From NCBI GenBank assembly GCA_965224025.1, contig OZ245033.1, positions 3,584,001 through 3,648,000 of the forward strand: DNA of 64,000 bases, read 5' to 3'. The notes beneath the pieces are model-generated. The model saw only the letters and a program-made list of their open reading frames with translations, did not search any database and was not told the DNA's origin. The stretch comes from Candidatus Multivorans sp. GTDB taxonomy: Bacteria > Acidobacteriota > Thermoanaerobaculia > Multivoradales > Multivoraceae. The position numbers and the translations under genes are program-made. This document shows positions 1 to 12,209 of the stretch, piece after piece; position 1 is the first letter of the stretch, and the number at the start of each line of letters is the position of its first letter.

Positions 1-2
1 GC

Positions 3-512
3 TACGAGGGGCTGGTCGAGCCGTTCCTGATTCGCGAAGACATCGAGATCGAGGCCGGCAAGTACGACGACTACGGCGTCTTCCTGTTCATGAATACGAA
101 CCGCGGGCGCGCAGTCAGTCTGTTCGCGATGGTCCAGGCCGGCGGTTTCTTCGGCGGCGACCAGTTCGCCATCAATCCCGCACTGAGCATCCGTCTTGGC
201 GACTACCTGACTTCGCAGATCAGTTGGTCCTACAACGACATCAAGGTCGCCGGCGGCGCGTTCAAGGCGAATCTGGGGCGTCTTCGCGTCACCTACGCCT
301 TCAGCACGAGCCTGCTGCTGCAGGCTTTGATCCAGTACAACGACACGACCGACAGCGTGTCGACGAACCTCCGCTTCAGTTGGCTGAACGAGGCGAACAG
401 GGGACTCTTCCTGGTCTACAACGAAATCTCCGAGTTCGGGCTCCTGGGCCGTGAGGAACCCGATCGCAGCCTCATCGTCAAGTACAACCGCGCCTTCGAT
501 GTGTTCCGGTAG
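3..512 (+). CDS. C-terminal part of an outer-membrane beta-barrel protein (DUF5916-like), 5' truncated by window edge
   Basis: Frame open from base 3 to TAG 510-512; amphipathic beta-strand pattern and C-terminal 'LQALIQYN...STNLRFSW...LFLVYNE...RSLIVKYN' resembling DUF5916 proteins. Confidence 0.6.
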   Translation, partial: YEGLVEPFLIREDIEIEAGKYDDYGVFLFMNTNRGRAVSLFAMVQAGGFFGGDQFAINPALSIRLGDYLTSQISWSYNDIKVAGGAFKANLGRLRVTYAFSTSLLLQALIQYNDTTDSVSTNLRFSWLNEANRGLFLVYNEISEFGLLGREEPDRSLIVKYNRAFDVFR

Positions 513-2151
513 CGGGACGCGACTCGCCAGCCCTCACCGGCCCGGCCGGAGCCTCGTCATGGCCCGCCGGGGCATGGCGGCGACATCCCATCCGCAGGCA
601 ACGCTTGCGGGCCTCGACATGCTGCGCGCCGGCGGCTCGGCGATCGACGGCGCGGTCGCGGCCGCCGCGATGCTGGCGGTGGTCGAGCCGATGATGACCG
701 GAATCGGGGGCGACGCGTTCCTGCTCTACTACCGGGCCGATCCCGAAGGCGGGCCCGGCGAAGTGCTGGGCCTCAACGGCAGCGGCCGCTCGCCGGCGGG
801 GCTGGCTCGCGAGGCGCTTAACGGAGAAGCGATCGAAGCCGACTCGTGGCCGGCGGTCACCGTCCCCGGCGCGGTCGATCTCTGGGCGACCGCGCACGAG
901 CGATTCGGCCGCCTCCGGTTTGCCGATCTGCTCGGCCCGGCGATCGAGACCGCCGAGCAGGGCTTCCCGGTCAGCGAGCGCGTGCAGAGCATGTGGCGCG
1001 CCTACGTGGACAGGTTGCGCCGCGACCAGGCGGCCGCGACGCATTGTCTCCCGGACGGCGACGCACCGGAACTCGGCGCTCTCTTCCGTTCCGCCGCCCT
1101 CGCGCGCTCGCTCCGTCGCATCGCACGGGACGGCCGGGACGCCTTCTACCGTGGACCCATCGCCGAGGAGATCGTCCGCTACGCCCATCGCACCGGCGGC
1201 TTCCTCCAGCTCGCGGACTTCGAGCGCCACGCGTCGACCTGGGTCCAGCCGATCGGCACCCGCTACCGAGGCCGCGAGGTCGCCCAGTTGCCGCCGAACG
1301 GACAGGGCCTGGGCGTGCTGCTGATGCTCAACCTGCTCGAGAACTTCGATCTGGCAGCCATGGACCTGGGAGGCGCCCTTCACACCCACCTGCTGGTCGA
1401 GGCGAAGAAACTGGCCTACGCCGACCTCCACGCTCACGTCGGCGATCCGGACGGCCATCCCCTGCACAGCGGCGGCGGCGTGCCGCTGCGCGAGCTGCTG
1501 GACAAGGGCTACGCCCGGGAACGAAGTCGACGGATCGATCCGCACCGCGCGGCATCGATCGTCGGGGCGGGCGAGATCCCCACCGGCGGAGGTCGCGTCG
1601 GCTCGGACACCGTCTACCTGGCGGTGGTCGACGGCGACGGCAATGCCGCCTCCTTCATCAACTCCCTCTTCGCGCCCTTCGGCGCCGCGATCGTGGGCGG
1701 AGACACGGGCATCCTGCTCCACAACCGCGGCGCCGGCTTCACGCTCGAGGCCGGACACCCCAACGAGTACCAGCCCGGCAAGCGTCCCTTCCATACGATC
1801 ATCCCCGGCATGGTCCTGAACGCAGGGAAACTGGAGCTCTGCTATGGCGTGATGGGCGGCCCCTTCCAGCCCCAGGGGCACGTGCAGCTCCTGACCAACC
1901 ACTACGATCACGGCCTTTCCCTGCAAGCGGCGGTCGACCGGCCGCGCTGGCGACACACCACGGGCCTGGAACTCCTGTGCGAACGCGGAACGGAACCGGG
2001 GACCGTCGCCGGCCTCGAGGACCTCGGCCACCATGTGCGGATCGCCGGCGGCGCCGAGTTCGGCGGCGCCCAGGCGATCGGCGTCGACCGCCACGGCACG
2101 CTGGCCGGCGCCTCGGATCCCCGCAAGGACGGAGCTGCGTTGGGTTACTGA
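499..2151 (+). CDS. ggt: gamma-glutamyltransferase
   Basis: Motifs EPMMTGIGGD, TVPG, PPNGQG, autoprocessing Thr in 'SDTVY', PGKRPFHTIIP, GVMGG, SDPRKDG. Start ATG499 or ATG559 uncertain. Confidence 0.92.
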   Translation: MCSGSGTRLASPHRPGRSLVMARRGMAATSHPQATLAGLDMLRAGGSAIDGAVAAAAMLAVVEPMMTGIGGDAFLLYYRADPEGGPGEVLGLNGSGRSPAGLAREALNGEAIEADSWPAVTVPGAVDLWATAHERFGRLRFADLLGPAIETAEQGFPVSERVQSMWRAYVDRLRRDQAAATHCLPDGDAPELGALFRSAALARSLRRIARDGRDAFYRGPIAEEIVRYAHRTGGFLQLADFERHASTWVQPIGTRYRGREVAQLPPNGQGLGVLLMLNLLENFDLAAMDLGGALHTHLLVEAKKLAYADLHAHVGDPDGHPLHSGGGVPLRELLDKGYARERSRRIDPHRAASIVGAGEIPTGGGRVGSDTVYLAVVDGDGNAASFINSLFAPFGAAIVGGDTGILLHNRGAGFTLEAGHPNEYQPGKRPFHTIIPGMVLNAGKLELCYGVMGGPFQPQGHVQLLTNHYDHGLSLQAAVDRPRWRHTTGLELLCERGTEPGTVAGLEDLGHHVRIAGGAEFGGAQAIGVDRHGTLAGASDPRKDGAALGY

Positions 2152-2182
2152 CGGCGCTTGGCGGACAGGCTTGCCCGAGCCT

Positions 2183-2404
2183 TCAGCCGAGCATCCACCG
2201 CAGTACGCCCACCGCCACCGACGCGAGACCAATTCCCCACAGCACCAGCCGCAGTTCCAGAGCCTTCAGGTCTGCCTTCGTAGCCACTCCCTCCGAGACG
2301 GCGGCGCGTACTGTCTCGACCATCGCCTCCGCCTGGGCGGCGGGTACGCCCGCCGCCTCCAGCTTGCGAGCAGCAGCCAAGGTGTCGAACATCGCGGTGC
2401 TCAT
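2183..2404 (-). CDS. small DUF1640/CCDC90-like coiled-coil membrane-anchored protein
   Basis: FDTLAAARKLEAAG..QAEA..ATKADL..hydrophobic C-tail; TAGACT -10 box 6 nt upstream of the ATG. Confidence 0.75.
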   Translation of the reverse strand: MSTAMFDTLAAARKLEAAGVPAAQAEAMVETVRAAVSEGVATKADLKALELRLVLWGIGLASVAVGVLRWMLG

Positions 2405-2535
2405 GGCGTCAGTCTACGACGACGGCACACGTTCGTCTACGAAGCGGCGCTTGGAGGCAACAAGAGCCTCCAGCAGTTGACGCCGGAGGCGGACCGCGGA
2501 CGGACCCGCCGAACGGACGTGCAAGACTCCGGGCG

Positions 2536-3729
2536 ATGGACGACGCACCGGCTCCGCAGCGTCAGGATGCCGGACAACAGGTCGAGCTCCGCATCGTCCA
2601 GTCGATGGCGGACATCCCGCGACCGAGCTGGGACGGCCTGCTCAAACCGGGCGACCGGCCCTTCCTGTCCTGGACCTTCCTGGAGGCGCTCGAGCGCGCG
2701 GGCTGCGTGGCCGGTGAGCGGGGTTGGCTTCCATTTCACCTGACCGCCTGGACCTCGGAAGACACGCTTCTCGCGGCCGCTCCCGCCTACATCAAGAACG
2801 ATGGGCTCGGCGACTTCTCGCGGGACTGGGCTTTCGGCGACGCGGTGCGCGCCGCCGGCGGCCGCTTCTACCCGAAACTCGTGGTGGGAGTGCCCTTCTC
2901 CCCTGTTACCGGGCGCCGAATCCTGGCTTCGAACGGCATCGATCCGGCGCTCGCCGCGCGAATGTTGGTCCAGCTTGCCGCCCACACCGCCCGGCAAGTC
3001 GGGATCGCCTCCGTCCACGTGCTCTACCACAGCGCTACGGAGGTCGATGCTCTCGCGGCCGCCGGCCTCGCCCAGCGCGTCATGGTCCAGTACCACTGGC
3101 GCAACTACGACTACCGGACTCCGGAAGACTGGCTGGCGAGACTGCGCTCCAAGCGGCGCACGCAATGCCGGCGCGAACGCCGCGAGCCGAAGAGGCAGGG
3201 GATCGACATCCGGACGGTAAGGGGCGAGGAGATCGTTGCCGATCCGGAGCGCTGGGCGGATACCGCCTTCGACCTCTACGGTACGACCTGCGACAGATAC
3301 ATGTGGGGCGGCCGCTACCTGAACCGCGAGGTGTTCCACACCCTGTTCGGGGAGCTCGGCAACGAGGTCGAGTTGGTGATCGCCGAGCGCCAGGACCGCG
3401 TCCTCGCCGGCGCCCTCAATCTGCGCTCCGACACCCACCTGTACGGCCGCTACTGGGGTTGCCACGAGCATCACCGTTTCCTGCACTTCAACGTCTGCCT
3501 ATACCACTCGATCGATGAATGCATCGAACGCGGCGTCCAGGTCTTCGAAGGCGGCGCCGGCGGCGAGCACAAGATCAGCCGGGGCTTCGAGCCCGCGCCG
3601 GTCTACAGTTCCCACCTGTTCATGGACGAGAAGCTCAATGCCCTGCTCGCCGCCGCCCTGGAGCGGGACGCGGTCCGGCACCTGCAGGGCATCGAGGCCT
3701 GGCGCCGCAACCGGCGCCAGCTCGGCTGA
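2536..3729 (+). CDS. FemAB-like GNAT-fold protein (DUF482 family)
   Basis: PFLSWTFLEALE, YPKLVVGVPFSPVTG, LYGRYWG, LHFNVCLY, FEGGAGGEHKISRGF. Confidence 0.85.
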   Translation: MDDAPAPQRQDAGQQVELRIVQSMADIPRPSWDGLLKPGDRPFLSWTFLEALERAGCVAGERGWLPFHLTAWTSEDTLLAAAPAYIKNDGLGDFSRDWAFGDAVRAAGGRFYPKLVVGVPFSPVTGRRILASNGIDPALAARMLVQLAAHTARQVGIASVHVLYHSATEVDALAAAGLAQRVMVQYHWRNYDYRTPEDWLARLRSKRRTQCRRERREPKRQGIDIRTVRGEEIVADPERWADTAFDLYGTTCDRYMWGGRYLNREVFHTLFGELGNEVELVIAERQDRVLAGALNLRSDTHLYGRYWGCHEHHRFLHFNVCLYHSIDECIERGVQVFEGGAGGEHKISRGFEPAPVYSSHLFMDEKLNALLAAALERDAVRHLQGIEAWRRNRRQLG

Positions 3730-3759
3730 CCGCGCTGCGCGCGGCCCTGTGCGGGAACC

Positions 3760-3765
3760 TATAAT
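3760..3765 (+). promoter_or_regulatory. sigma70 -10 box TATAAT for clpS (near-leaderless)
   Basis: Perfect TATAAT 10 nt upstream of ATG3776, no Shine-Dalgarno between them. Confidence 0.55.
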
Positions 3766-3775
3766 CTGGCAAGTC

Positions 3776-4171
3776 ATGCCGCACTTCGAAGACGACGCGC
3801 GCGGGGACAGCAAGGTCCTCACGAAGACAAAGACCCGGACCCGCCTGGCCCGGCCACGGCTGTACAAGGTACTTCTCCACAACGACGACTTCACGCCGCG
3901 TGAGTTCGTCGTCGTGGTTCTGCAGCACGTCTTCCACCTGACCGAATCGGACGCCTCGCGCCTGATGCTCTACGTCCACAAGAACGGCGTTGGCGTGGCC
4001 GGGCTCTACCCCTTCTCCATCGCCGAGACCAAGGTCGCCGAAGTCGGCAGCCTCGCCCAGCAGGCGGAAGTGCCGCTGCTCTGCACCATCGAGCCCGACG
4101 AGGGTGGCGGTTCCGGAGACGGCGACGGTTCCCGCGACGACGGCCGCTCGGATAGCGGCGACGTGAACTGA
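3776..4171 (+). CDS. clpS: ATP-dependent Clp protease adaptor ClpS
   Basis: YKVLLHNDDFTPREFVV..LMLYVH..G.GVAG..IAETKV..PLLCTIE; directly upstream of clpA. Confidence 0.95.
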   Translation: MPHFEDDARGDSKVLTKTKTRTRLARPRLYKVLLHNDDFTPREFVVVVLQHVFHLTESDASRLMLYVHKNGVGVAGLYPFSIAETKVAEVGSLAQQAEVPLLCTIEPDEGGGSGDGDGSRDDGRSDSGDVN

Positions 4172-4202
4172 AGGACTCGGGAGGGCCCTGACCATCGCTT
4201 CC

Positions 4203-6641
<2,439 letters not shown>

Positions 6642-6648
6642 CGATCAG

Positions 6649-6750
6649 GCCGGAGGCGGGCAGGATGCCCGCGTGCCAGTCCGTGCGCCCGATGACGGGC
6701 GCACGGACTGGTTCGCGTGTGGCGCGGGTCGCGCCACACGGGTTCCCAGG
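6649..6750 (+). repeat. ~100-bp triple-hairpin intergenic repeat, copy 1
   Basis: Hairpins GCGGGCA-gga-TGCCCGC, CAGTCCGTGCGCCCG-atga-CGGGCGCACGGACTG and CGTGTGGCGCG-ggt-CGCGCCACACG; reverse-complement match to 8834-8934 with 5 differences. Confidence 0.9.
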
Positions 6751-6785
6751 TCAGATCATGCTGCCGCGCACGCTGCTAGCCGGCG

Positions 6786-7961
6786 CTACGTGTCGTCGAT
6801 CCGGGGCAGGACCTCGCTGGCAAAGCGTTCAATCGTTGTCATCAGCCGCGCGTGCGGCAGAAGCCCGTTGTAGGCCCAGAAGTAGAGCCAGGTCACCGGC
6901 AGGCGCTCACACAGGGTCTCGAGCTGGCGCGTTACGGTGTCCACGGTGCCGACGAGCGCCATGCCCGAACCCATGAAGTCGTCGAACTCCTCCCCGGTGT
7001 CCGGGTCCAGCATGCCGCGGCTGAAGCCGAAGGGATCGAACCAGGCCGAGCCGCAGAAGGCGCCGCTTGCCTTCCACAGGCGCTCGGCCTCGGTGTCGGT
7101 GTCCGCGATCACGATGTCCCGCAGAACGCCGATCCCCTCGCCGAGCGGCCGCCCGGATTCCTCGGCGAACAACTCGAACAGCGCCCGCTCCCGCTTCGGG
7201 TGAAGCGGCGGCAGAATCGCCGTCACGCCCTCCCGCGCGCACCACCGGATGCTCGCCTCGGACGACGCGAAGGGTTGGAAGATCGGCGGATGCGGCTTCT
7301 GCACCGGCTTCGGCACCACGCCGACCTGCCGCAGCACGCCATCCTCGACCCCGGCGCCCCACTGCTCGGTGGCTTCGAGCGTCCACGGCGTGCCGCCCTC
7401 GGGACCGCCGACCGGGATCTTCCAGAACCGGCCGTCGTAGTCGAGCATCGGCTCGGTCCACGCCTTCTTGATGATCCGGAAGCACTCCTCGAACGCGGCC
7501 CGGTTCGTGCTGTCGATCTCGTCCCGCTGGTGCGGCAGGGCGCCGGAGATCCCGTGCGTCTGCTGCGCCATCACGTCGACCCAGCGGCGCTGGTAGCCGC
7601 GCGCGAAGCCCGCGTTTGCGCGGCCGCCGGTCATCCGGTCGAGCATCGCGATGTCTTCGGCAACCCGGATCGGGTTCCTTGCCGGCAGCACGATCCCCAA
7701 CTGCCCGACCCGGATGTTCTTCGTCTGCATGCCGATGAACAGGTCGAGCAGCACGGGGTTGTTCGAGAGCTCGAAGCCCTCGATGTGGAAGTGGTGCTCA
7801 GTGAAGCTGATCGAGTCGTAGCCGAGATCGTCGGCCAACCTGGCCTGCTCCGAGACCTCGGCCAGCATCCGGTCGTAGAGATCGCCGCGCAGGCCGGCCA
7901 TGCCCTTCTTGATCTCGGCCCGCGAGCCGATCGAGGGCAGGTAGAAGAGAGAGATCTTCAA
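6786..7961 (-). CDS. LLM class flavin-dependent oxidoreductase (luciferase-like)
   Basis: FTEHHF, NPIRVAEDIAMLD, GFARGYQ, PKPVQKPHPPI, IERFASEVLP; TTG start. Confidence 0.9.
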   Translation of the reverse strand: MKISLFYLPSIGSRAEIKKGMAGLRGDLYDRMLAEVSEQARLADDLGYDSISFTEHHFHIEGFELSNNPVLLDLFIGMQTKNIRVGQLGIVLPARNPIRVAEDIAMLDRMTGGRANAGFARGYQRRWVDVMAQQTHGISGALPHQRDEIDSTNRAAFEECFRIIKKAWTEPMLDYDGRFWKIPVGGPEGGTPWTLEATEQWGAGVEDGVLRQVGVVPKPVQKPHPPIFQPFASSEASIRWCAREGVTAILPPLHPKRERALFELFAEESGRPLGEGIGVLRDIVIADTDTEAERLWKASGAFCGSAWFDPFGFSRGMLDPDTGEEFDDFMGSGMALVGTVDTVTRQLETLCERLPVTWLYFWAYNGLLPHARLMTTIERFASEVLPRIDDT

Positions 7962-7975
7962 GAGAGGTACAGACG

Positions 7976-8800
7976 TCAGCCGCCGCGGTCGTAGCCCGGC
8001 AACTCGCGGATCCAGACGTTGCGGAAGCGGGTCGGGTTCCGGTGGTCCTGGAGGCCGATCCAGCCGCGCGGCTCGTGCGGCCGGTCGTAGACCCCCACGC
8101 GCCGGTGGCTCGTGCGGCCGATGTATTCCTTGCGATGATGGATCACGACGCCGTTGTGGATCACGGTGACGTGGGCCTTCTTCGTCAACTCGCCGTTCTC
8201 CCAGCGCGGCGCCTCGAAGATGATGTCGTAGGTCTGCCAGGCACCGGGCGGACGCGCCGAGTTGACCATGGGCGGCGTCTGGCCGTAGATCGCGCCCGCC
8301 TGGCCGTCGGCGTAGGTCCGGTTCTCGTGCGAGTCGAGGATCTGGACCTCGTAATCGCCGTAGATCATCACGCCGCTGTTGCCGCGGCCCTGGCTGTTGC
8401 TCTCGACCTTGGCGGGGGTGGCGAACTCAAGATGGAGCTGGAAGTCGCCGAACTCGTCCCGAGTACGGATCGACCCGGTCGGCGTAACTTCCATGTAGCA
8501 GTTCTCGACCTTCCACTCGGCGTCGTCGCCGTTTCCCTTCCGCCACTTGGAGAGGTCGGCGCCGTCGAACAGCACGACCGCGTCGGCCGGAGCTGCGGCC
8601 ATATCGCTGAACGAGGCGCCGGGAGTGACCACCGGCGGCACCGGCCGGTTCGGGTCATGCACCTTCCAGGGCAGTCCCGGCAACTTCGGCGTGTCCTCGT
8701 AGCCGACGGGCTGCTGCTGCGCCGCCGCAACTGCGGTCAGCAACAGGCCCGCGGCCAGCGGGCCCGTCGCCAGAAAACGGAACGTTCGCTTCAACGACAT
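7976..8800 (-). CDS. secreted DUF1080 (3-keto-disaccharide hydrolase family) protein
   Basis: Signal peptide; VLFDG..W, FGDFQLHLEF, GNSGV, YEVQILDS, WQTYDI, LQDH..FRNVWIREL; purine-rich SD upstream of ATG8800. Confidence 0.9.
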   Translation of the reverse strand: MSLKRTFRFLATGPLAAGLLLTAVAAAQQQPVGYEDTPKLPGLPWKVHDPNRPVPPVVTPGASFSDMAAAPADAVVLFDGADLSKWRKGNGDDAEWKVENCYMEVTPTGSIRTRDEFGDFQLHLEFATPAKVESNSQGRGNSGVMIYGDYEVQILDSHENRTYADGQAGAIYGQTPPMVNSARPPGAWQTYDIIFEAPRWENGELTKKAHVTVIHNGVVIHHRKEYIGRTSHRRVGVYDRPHEPRGWIGLQDHRNPTRFRNVWIRELPGYDRGG

Positions 8801-8833
8801 CTTTCTCTCCTCGGGCGCTGCGCCCGCATCCGG

Positions 8834-8934
8834 CCTGGGAACCCGTGTGGCGCGACCCGCACCCCACGCGAACCACTCCGTGCGCCCGTCATCGGGCGCA
8901 CGGATGGCACGCGGGCATCCTGCCCGCATCCGGC
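8834..8934 (-). repeat. ~100-bp triple-hairpin intergenic repeat, copy 2
   Basis: Reverse complement of 6649-6750; 13-bp GCCCGCATCCGGC occurs at 8822-8834 and 8922-8934, exactly 100 bp apart. Confidence 0.9.
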
Positions 8935-8971
8935 TATGTTTCAACGGTGAAGACGCTCTCCTCCAGGTCCC

Positions 8972-10525
8972 TCACCGCATCCGCGACGCGAGCAGCGGCT
9001 CGGACAGTTTCAGCCACTTGACGACTTCGGCACGGGTGCTCCGTGGGTCGATCAGGTCGTGGACCGAGAACCCCTCGGCCCTTGGGAAGGGAGTCCGCCG
9101 CTTGGCGAACTCGGCCTCGAGCTCGGCCCGCTTCCTGTCCGGGTCCGGCGCCGCGGCGATCTCGCGGCGGAAGGCCACCGCCACCCCGCCCTCGATCGGC
9201 AGCGCGCCGCTCTCGGCCGAGGGCCAGATCAGCACCCGACCGGAGGGGCCGTAGTGCGCCGCGGCGGCCACGCCGTACGCCTTGCGGATCTGCACCGAGC
9301 ACCAGGGCACGGTGGAACGCACGGTCGCCGCGACCGCCTCCATGCCGTAGCGAATCGTGCCGGACGCCTCCGACTCCGAGCCGATCATGAAGCCGGGCTC
9401 GTCGACCAGGCTCAGGATCGGCAGGTGGAAGGTCTCGCACAGCTCGACGAAGCGCCGGAACTTCTGTGCCCCGGCGGCGTCCATCGCGCCGCCGATGTGC
9501 CGGCAGTCGTTGGCGACCACACCGACCGTGTGGCCGTCGACGCGCGCGAGGCCCGTGATCTGGGACGGCCCGTACCCTGCGGTCATCTCGAAGAAGCTGT
9601 CCCGGTCGACGACCAGGGAGATCACCTCGCGCATGTCGTAGAGGAACCGCCGATCCCGCGGCAGGATGGAGAGCAGGCGTTCCTCGCGCCGGTCGACCGG
9701 ATCGCCGATGAAACGACGCGGCGGCAACTTGCCTGTGTTCGGCGGCAGGTAGCTCAGGAAGCGGCGAACCTGCTCCATCGCGTCGTCCTCGTCCTCCGCC
9801 ACGTTGTCGACGACGCCGCTCCGGCTGTGGACCTGCCAGCCGCCCAGCTCGTCCTTCGTCTTCTTCTCGCCCAGCGCCCGCTCGACCAACGCTGGACCGC
9901 CGATCAGAATCTGCGCCGTGTGCCGAGTCATCACCGAGAAGTGGGACGCGACCAGTCGCGCCGCCGGGAACCCGGCTACAGCGCCGACTCCGATCGAAGC
10001 CACCGGCGCCGTCCGGAGGATCTCGGCGATCGACCAGAAACGGGCCCGGGAGTAGACCGGCTCCCCCATCGGCCGGGGCGGCGTCTTGGGTGCCCCCTTC
10101 TGGCGGCCCGCGCTGCCACGGACGCTGCCGCCGCCACCCTCGAGGAAGCGCAACAGCGGCAACCGGTACTTCAGCGCTAGTTCCTCCGAGTAGACGCTCT
10201 TGCGTAACCCGGCAGGCGACGGCGAGCCCCCGGCCTGGGTGAAGTCCTCGCCCGCCACGATCACCCTCCGGCCATCGACGTCGGCAAAGCCGACGACGTA
10301 GTTCGCCGGCGTGAAGGCCACGACGCGACCTTTCTCGTCCACTTCGGCCGCCCCCGCCTGCCGGCCCTCCTCGATGAAGGAGCCCGGATCGGCGACTCGC
10401 TCGATCCGCTCGCGCACGGTCAGCCGGCCACGCTCGTGCTGCCGCGCCACCGCCTCGTCGCCGCCCATTTCGAGCGCCAGGCGCCGGCGCCGTTCGATCT
10501 CGTCGACCTCGGGCTGCCAGGACAT
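8972..10525 (-). CDS. acyl-CoA carboxylase carboxyltransferase (beta) subunit
   Basis: MGG..QH.RG.LTVRERI, DFT..GG, LVDEPGFMIG, RKAYG, LIDPRSTR; TACAAT 8 nt upstream of ATG10525. Confidence 0.9.
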   Translation of the reverse strand: MSWQPEVDEIERRRRLALEMGGDEAVARQHERGRLTVRERIERVADPGSFIEEGRQAGAAEVDEKGRVVAFTPANYVVGFADVDGRRVIVAGEDFTQAGGSPSPAGLRKSVYSEELALKYRLPLLRFLEGGGGSVRGSAGRQKGAPKTPPRPMGEPVYSRARFWSIAEILRTAPVASIGVGAVAGFPAARLVASHFSVMTRHTAQILIGGPALVERALGEKKTKDELGGWQVHSRSGVVDNVAEDEDDAMEQVRRFLSYLPPNTGKLPPRRFIGDPVDRREERLLSILPRDRRFLYDMREVISLVVDRDSFFEMTAGYGPSQITGLARVDGHTVGVVANDCRHIGGAMDAAGAQKFRRFVELCETFHLPILSLVDEPGFMIGSESEASGTIRYGMEAVAATVRSTVPWCSVQIRKAYGVAAAAHYGPSGRVLIWPSAESGALPIEGGVAVAFRREIAAAPDPDRKRAELEAEFAKRRTPFPRAEGFSVHDLIDPRSTRAEVVKWLKLSEPLLASRMR

Positions 10526-10577
10526 GGACGGGCATTGTAGATGCTTCGCTATCCTGCGCGGCCTGAAGGAGGTTCCG

Positions 10578-12209
10578 GTGACGTCACGACGCAAGCTCTG
10601 TGGTTGGGGTTACGAAGGGCAGGGACTCACGCCGGCGGAAGCGGACGCCTTCCGGGCCCAGACTGCCGCGCGGTTCGGCACACCGGTCGAACCGCGGGCG
10701 GCTGCGCCGCAGGTCGCCGACTTCGACCTGCGCCAGCCGCGGCTGCGGCCACCTTCCTCGCTCGCGACCCTGTTCCGAGACGACCCGTACGAACGGCTTC
10801 TCCACGCGTACGGCAAGTCCTTCCCCGATGCCGTGCGGATGTTCCGGCGCGAGGTGACGGAACCACCGGACCTCGTCGCCTATCCGGAGACCACGGAAGA
10901 CGTGATCCGCATCCTCGATTGGGCCGGTGACGCCGGCGCGGCCGCGATTCCCTTCGGCGGCGGTTCCAGCGTGGTCGGCGGCGTCGAGCCGGCGGTCGGC
11001 GGCAGCTACGCCGGCGCGGTAACCATCGATCTGCTCAAGCTCGACCAGGTGATCGAAGTCGACCGCGCCAGCCGTGCCGCGCGAATCCAGGCCGGCGCCC
11101 GCGGTCCGCATCTCGAGGCGCAGCTCCGGGAGCACGGGCTCACGCTCCGCCACTTTCCGCAGAGCTTCGAGCATTCGACCCTGGGCGGATGGATCGCGAC
11201 CCGTTCCGGCGGCCACTACGCCAGCCTCTACACCCACATCGACGACTTTGTCGAGGCGACGACCACGGTCACACCCCAGGGCATCATGGAAACCCGGCGC
11301 CTCCCCGGCTCGGGCGCCGGACCCTCGCCCGACCGGATGGTCATCGGCTCCGAGGGCATCCTCGGGGTCATCACGGAGGCATGGGTGCGCCTGCAGGACC
11401 GTCCGGTCCACCGCAGCTCGGCGGCGGTGCACTTCGCCGACTACGCCAGCGCCGTCGAAGCGGTGCGCATGCTCTCCCAGAGCGGCCTCTACCCGTCGAA
11501 CTGCCGCCTGATCGACGCGCAGGAAACCGCCGCCGCGGGTGCCGGCGACGGCTCGACCTCACTGCTCGTCCTCGGCTTCGAATCCGCCGATCATCCGGTA
11601 GAGCCCTGGATGAAGCGGGCGCTCGAACTGACCGCGGACTGCGGCGGCGATCACAGTGACTCAGCCGGCCGCTCGCACCGCGAGGGCGCCGCCGGGGCCT
11701 GGCGGGACGCCTTCATCAAGGGGCCCTACTTCCGCGAAGTCGGCGTGCCCCTTGGCGTGATCGGCGACACTTTCGAGACCGCGATCACCTGGGACCGCTT
11801 CACCGACTTTCACGCCCGGATTATGGCCCGGACCGCGGAGATCCTTGAGCAGGCGACAGGCAGGCCCGGCAGCGTCACCTGCCGCTTCACGCACGTCTAC
11901 CCAGACGGACCCGCGCCCTACTTCACCTTCTCCGCGCTCGGCGACTGGGATTGTCTCGCGGACCAGTGGCGCGAGATCAAGCTGGCCGCGAACGAGGCCG
12001 TTGTGGAAGCCGGCGGCACGGTGACGCATCACCACGCCGTGGGGCGGGACCACCGGCCGGCCGGCTACGACCGCCAGCGCCCCGACGTGTTCGCCCGTGC
12101 CCTCGCCGGTGCCAAGGCGGCTGTCGACCCCGACGGCCTGATGAATCCTGGCGTGCTGATCGATCCGCAGGGCCGGGACGTCGGCGTCACCGGCGCGATG
12201 GCGCCGTAG
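10578..12209 (+). CDS. FAD-binding oxidoreductase, alkylglycerone-phosphate synthase (AgpS)-like
   Basis: PFGGGSSVVGG, HFPQSFEHSTLGGWIATRSGG, GSEG.LG, THHHAVG; SD AAGGAGG before GTG10578. Confidence 0.85.
   Translation: MTSRRKLCGWGYEGQGLTPAEADAFRAQTAARFGTPVEPRAAAPQVADFDLRQPRLRPPSSLATLFRDDPYERLLHAYGKSFPDAVRMFRREVTEPPDLVAYPETTEDVIRILDWAGDAGAAAIPFGGGSSVVGGVEPAVGGSYAGAVTIDLLKLDQVIEVDRASRAARIQAGARGPHLEAQLREHGLTLRHFPQSFEHSTLGGWIATRSGGHYASLYTHIDDFVEATTTVTPQGIMETRRLPGSGAGPSPDRMVIGSEGILGVITEAWVRLQDRPVHRSSAAVHFADYASAVEAVRMLSQSGLYPSNCRLIDAQETAAAGAGDGSTSLLVLGFESADHPVEPWMKRALELTADCGGDHSDSAGRSHREGAAGAWRDAFIKGPYFREVGVPLGVIGDTFETAITWDRFTDFHARIMARTAEILEQATGRPGSVTCRFTHVYPDGPAPYFTFSALGDWDCLADQWREIKLAANEAVVEAGGTVTHHHAVGRDHRPAGYDRQRPDVFARALAGAKAAVDPDGLMNPGVLIDPQGRDVGVTGAMAP

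Noticed and set aside
6649-8934. Composite transposon formed by the inverted 100-bp repeats around the LLM and DUF1080 genes
   Set aside because: No transposase inside, and the outer flanks (GCGATCAG / TATGTTTC) show no target-site duplication; independent copies are simpler.
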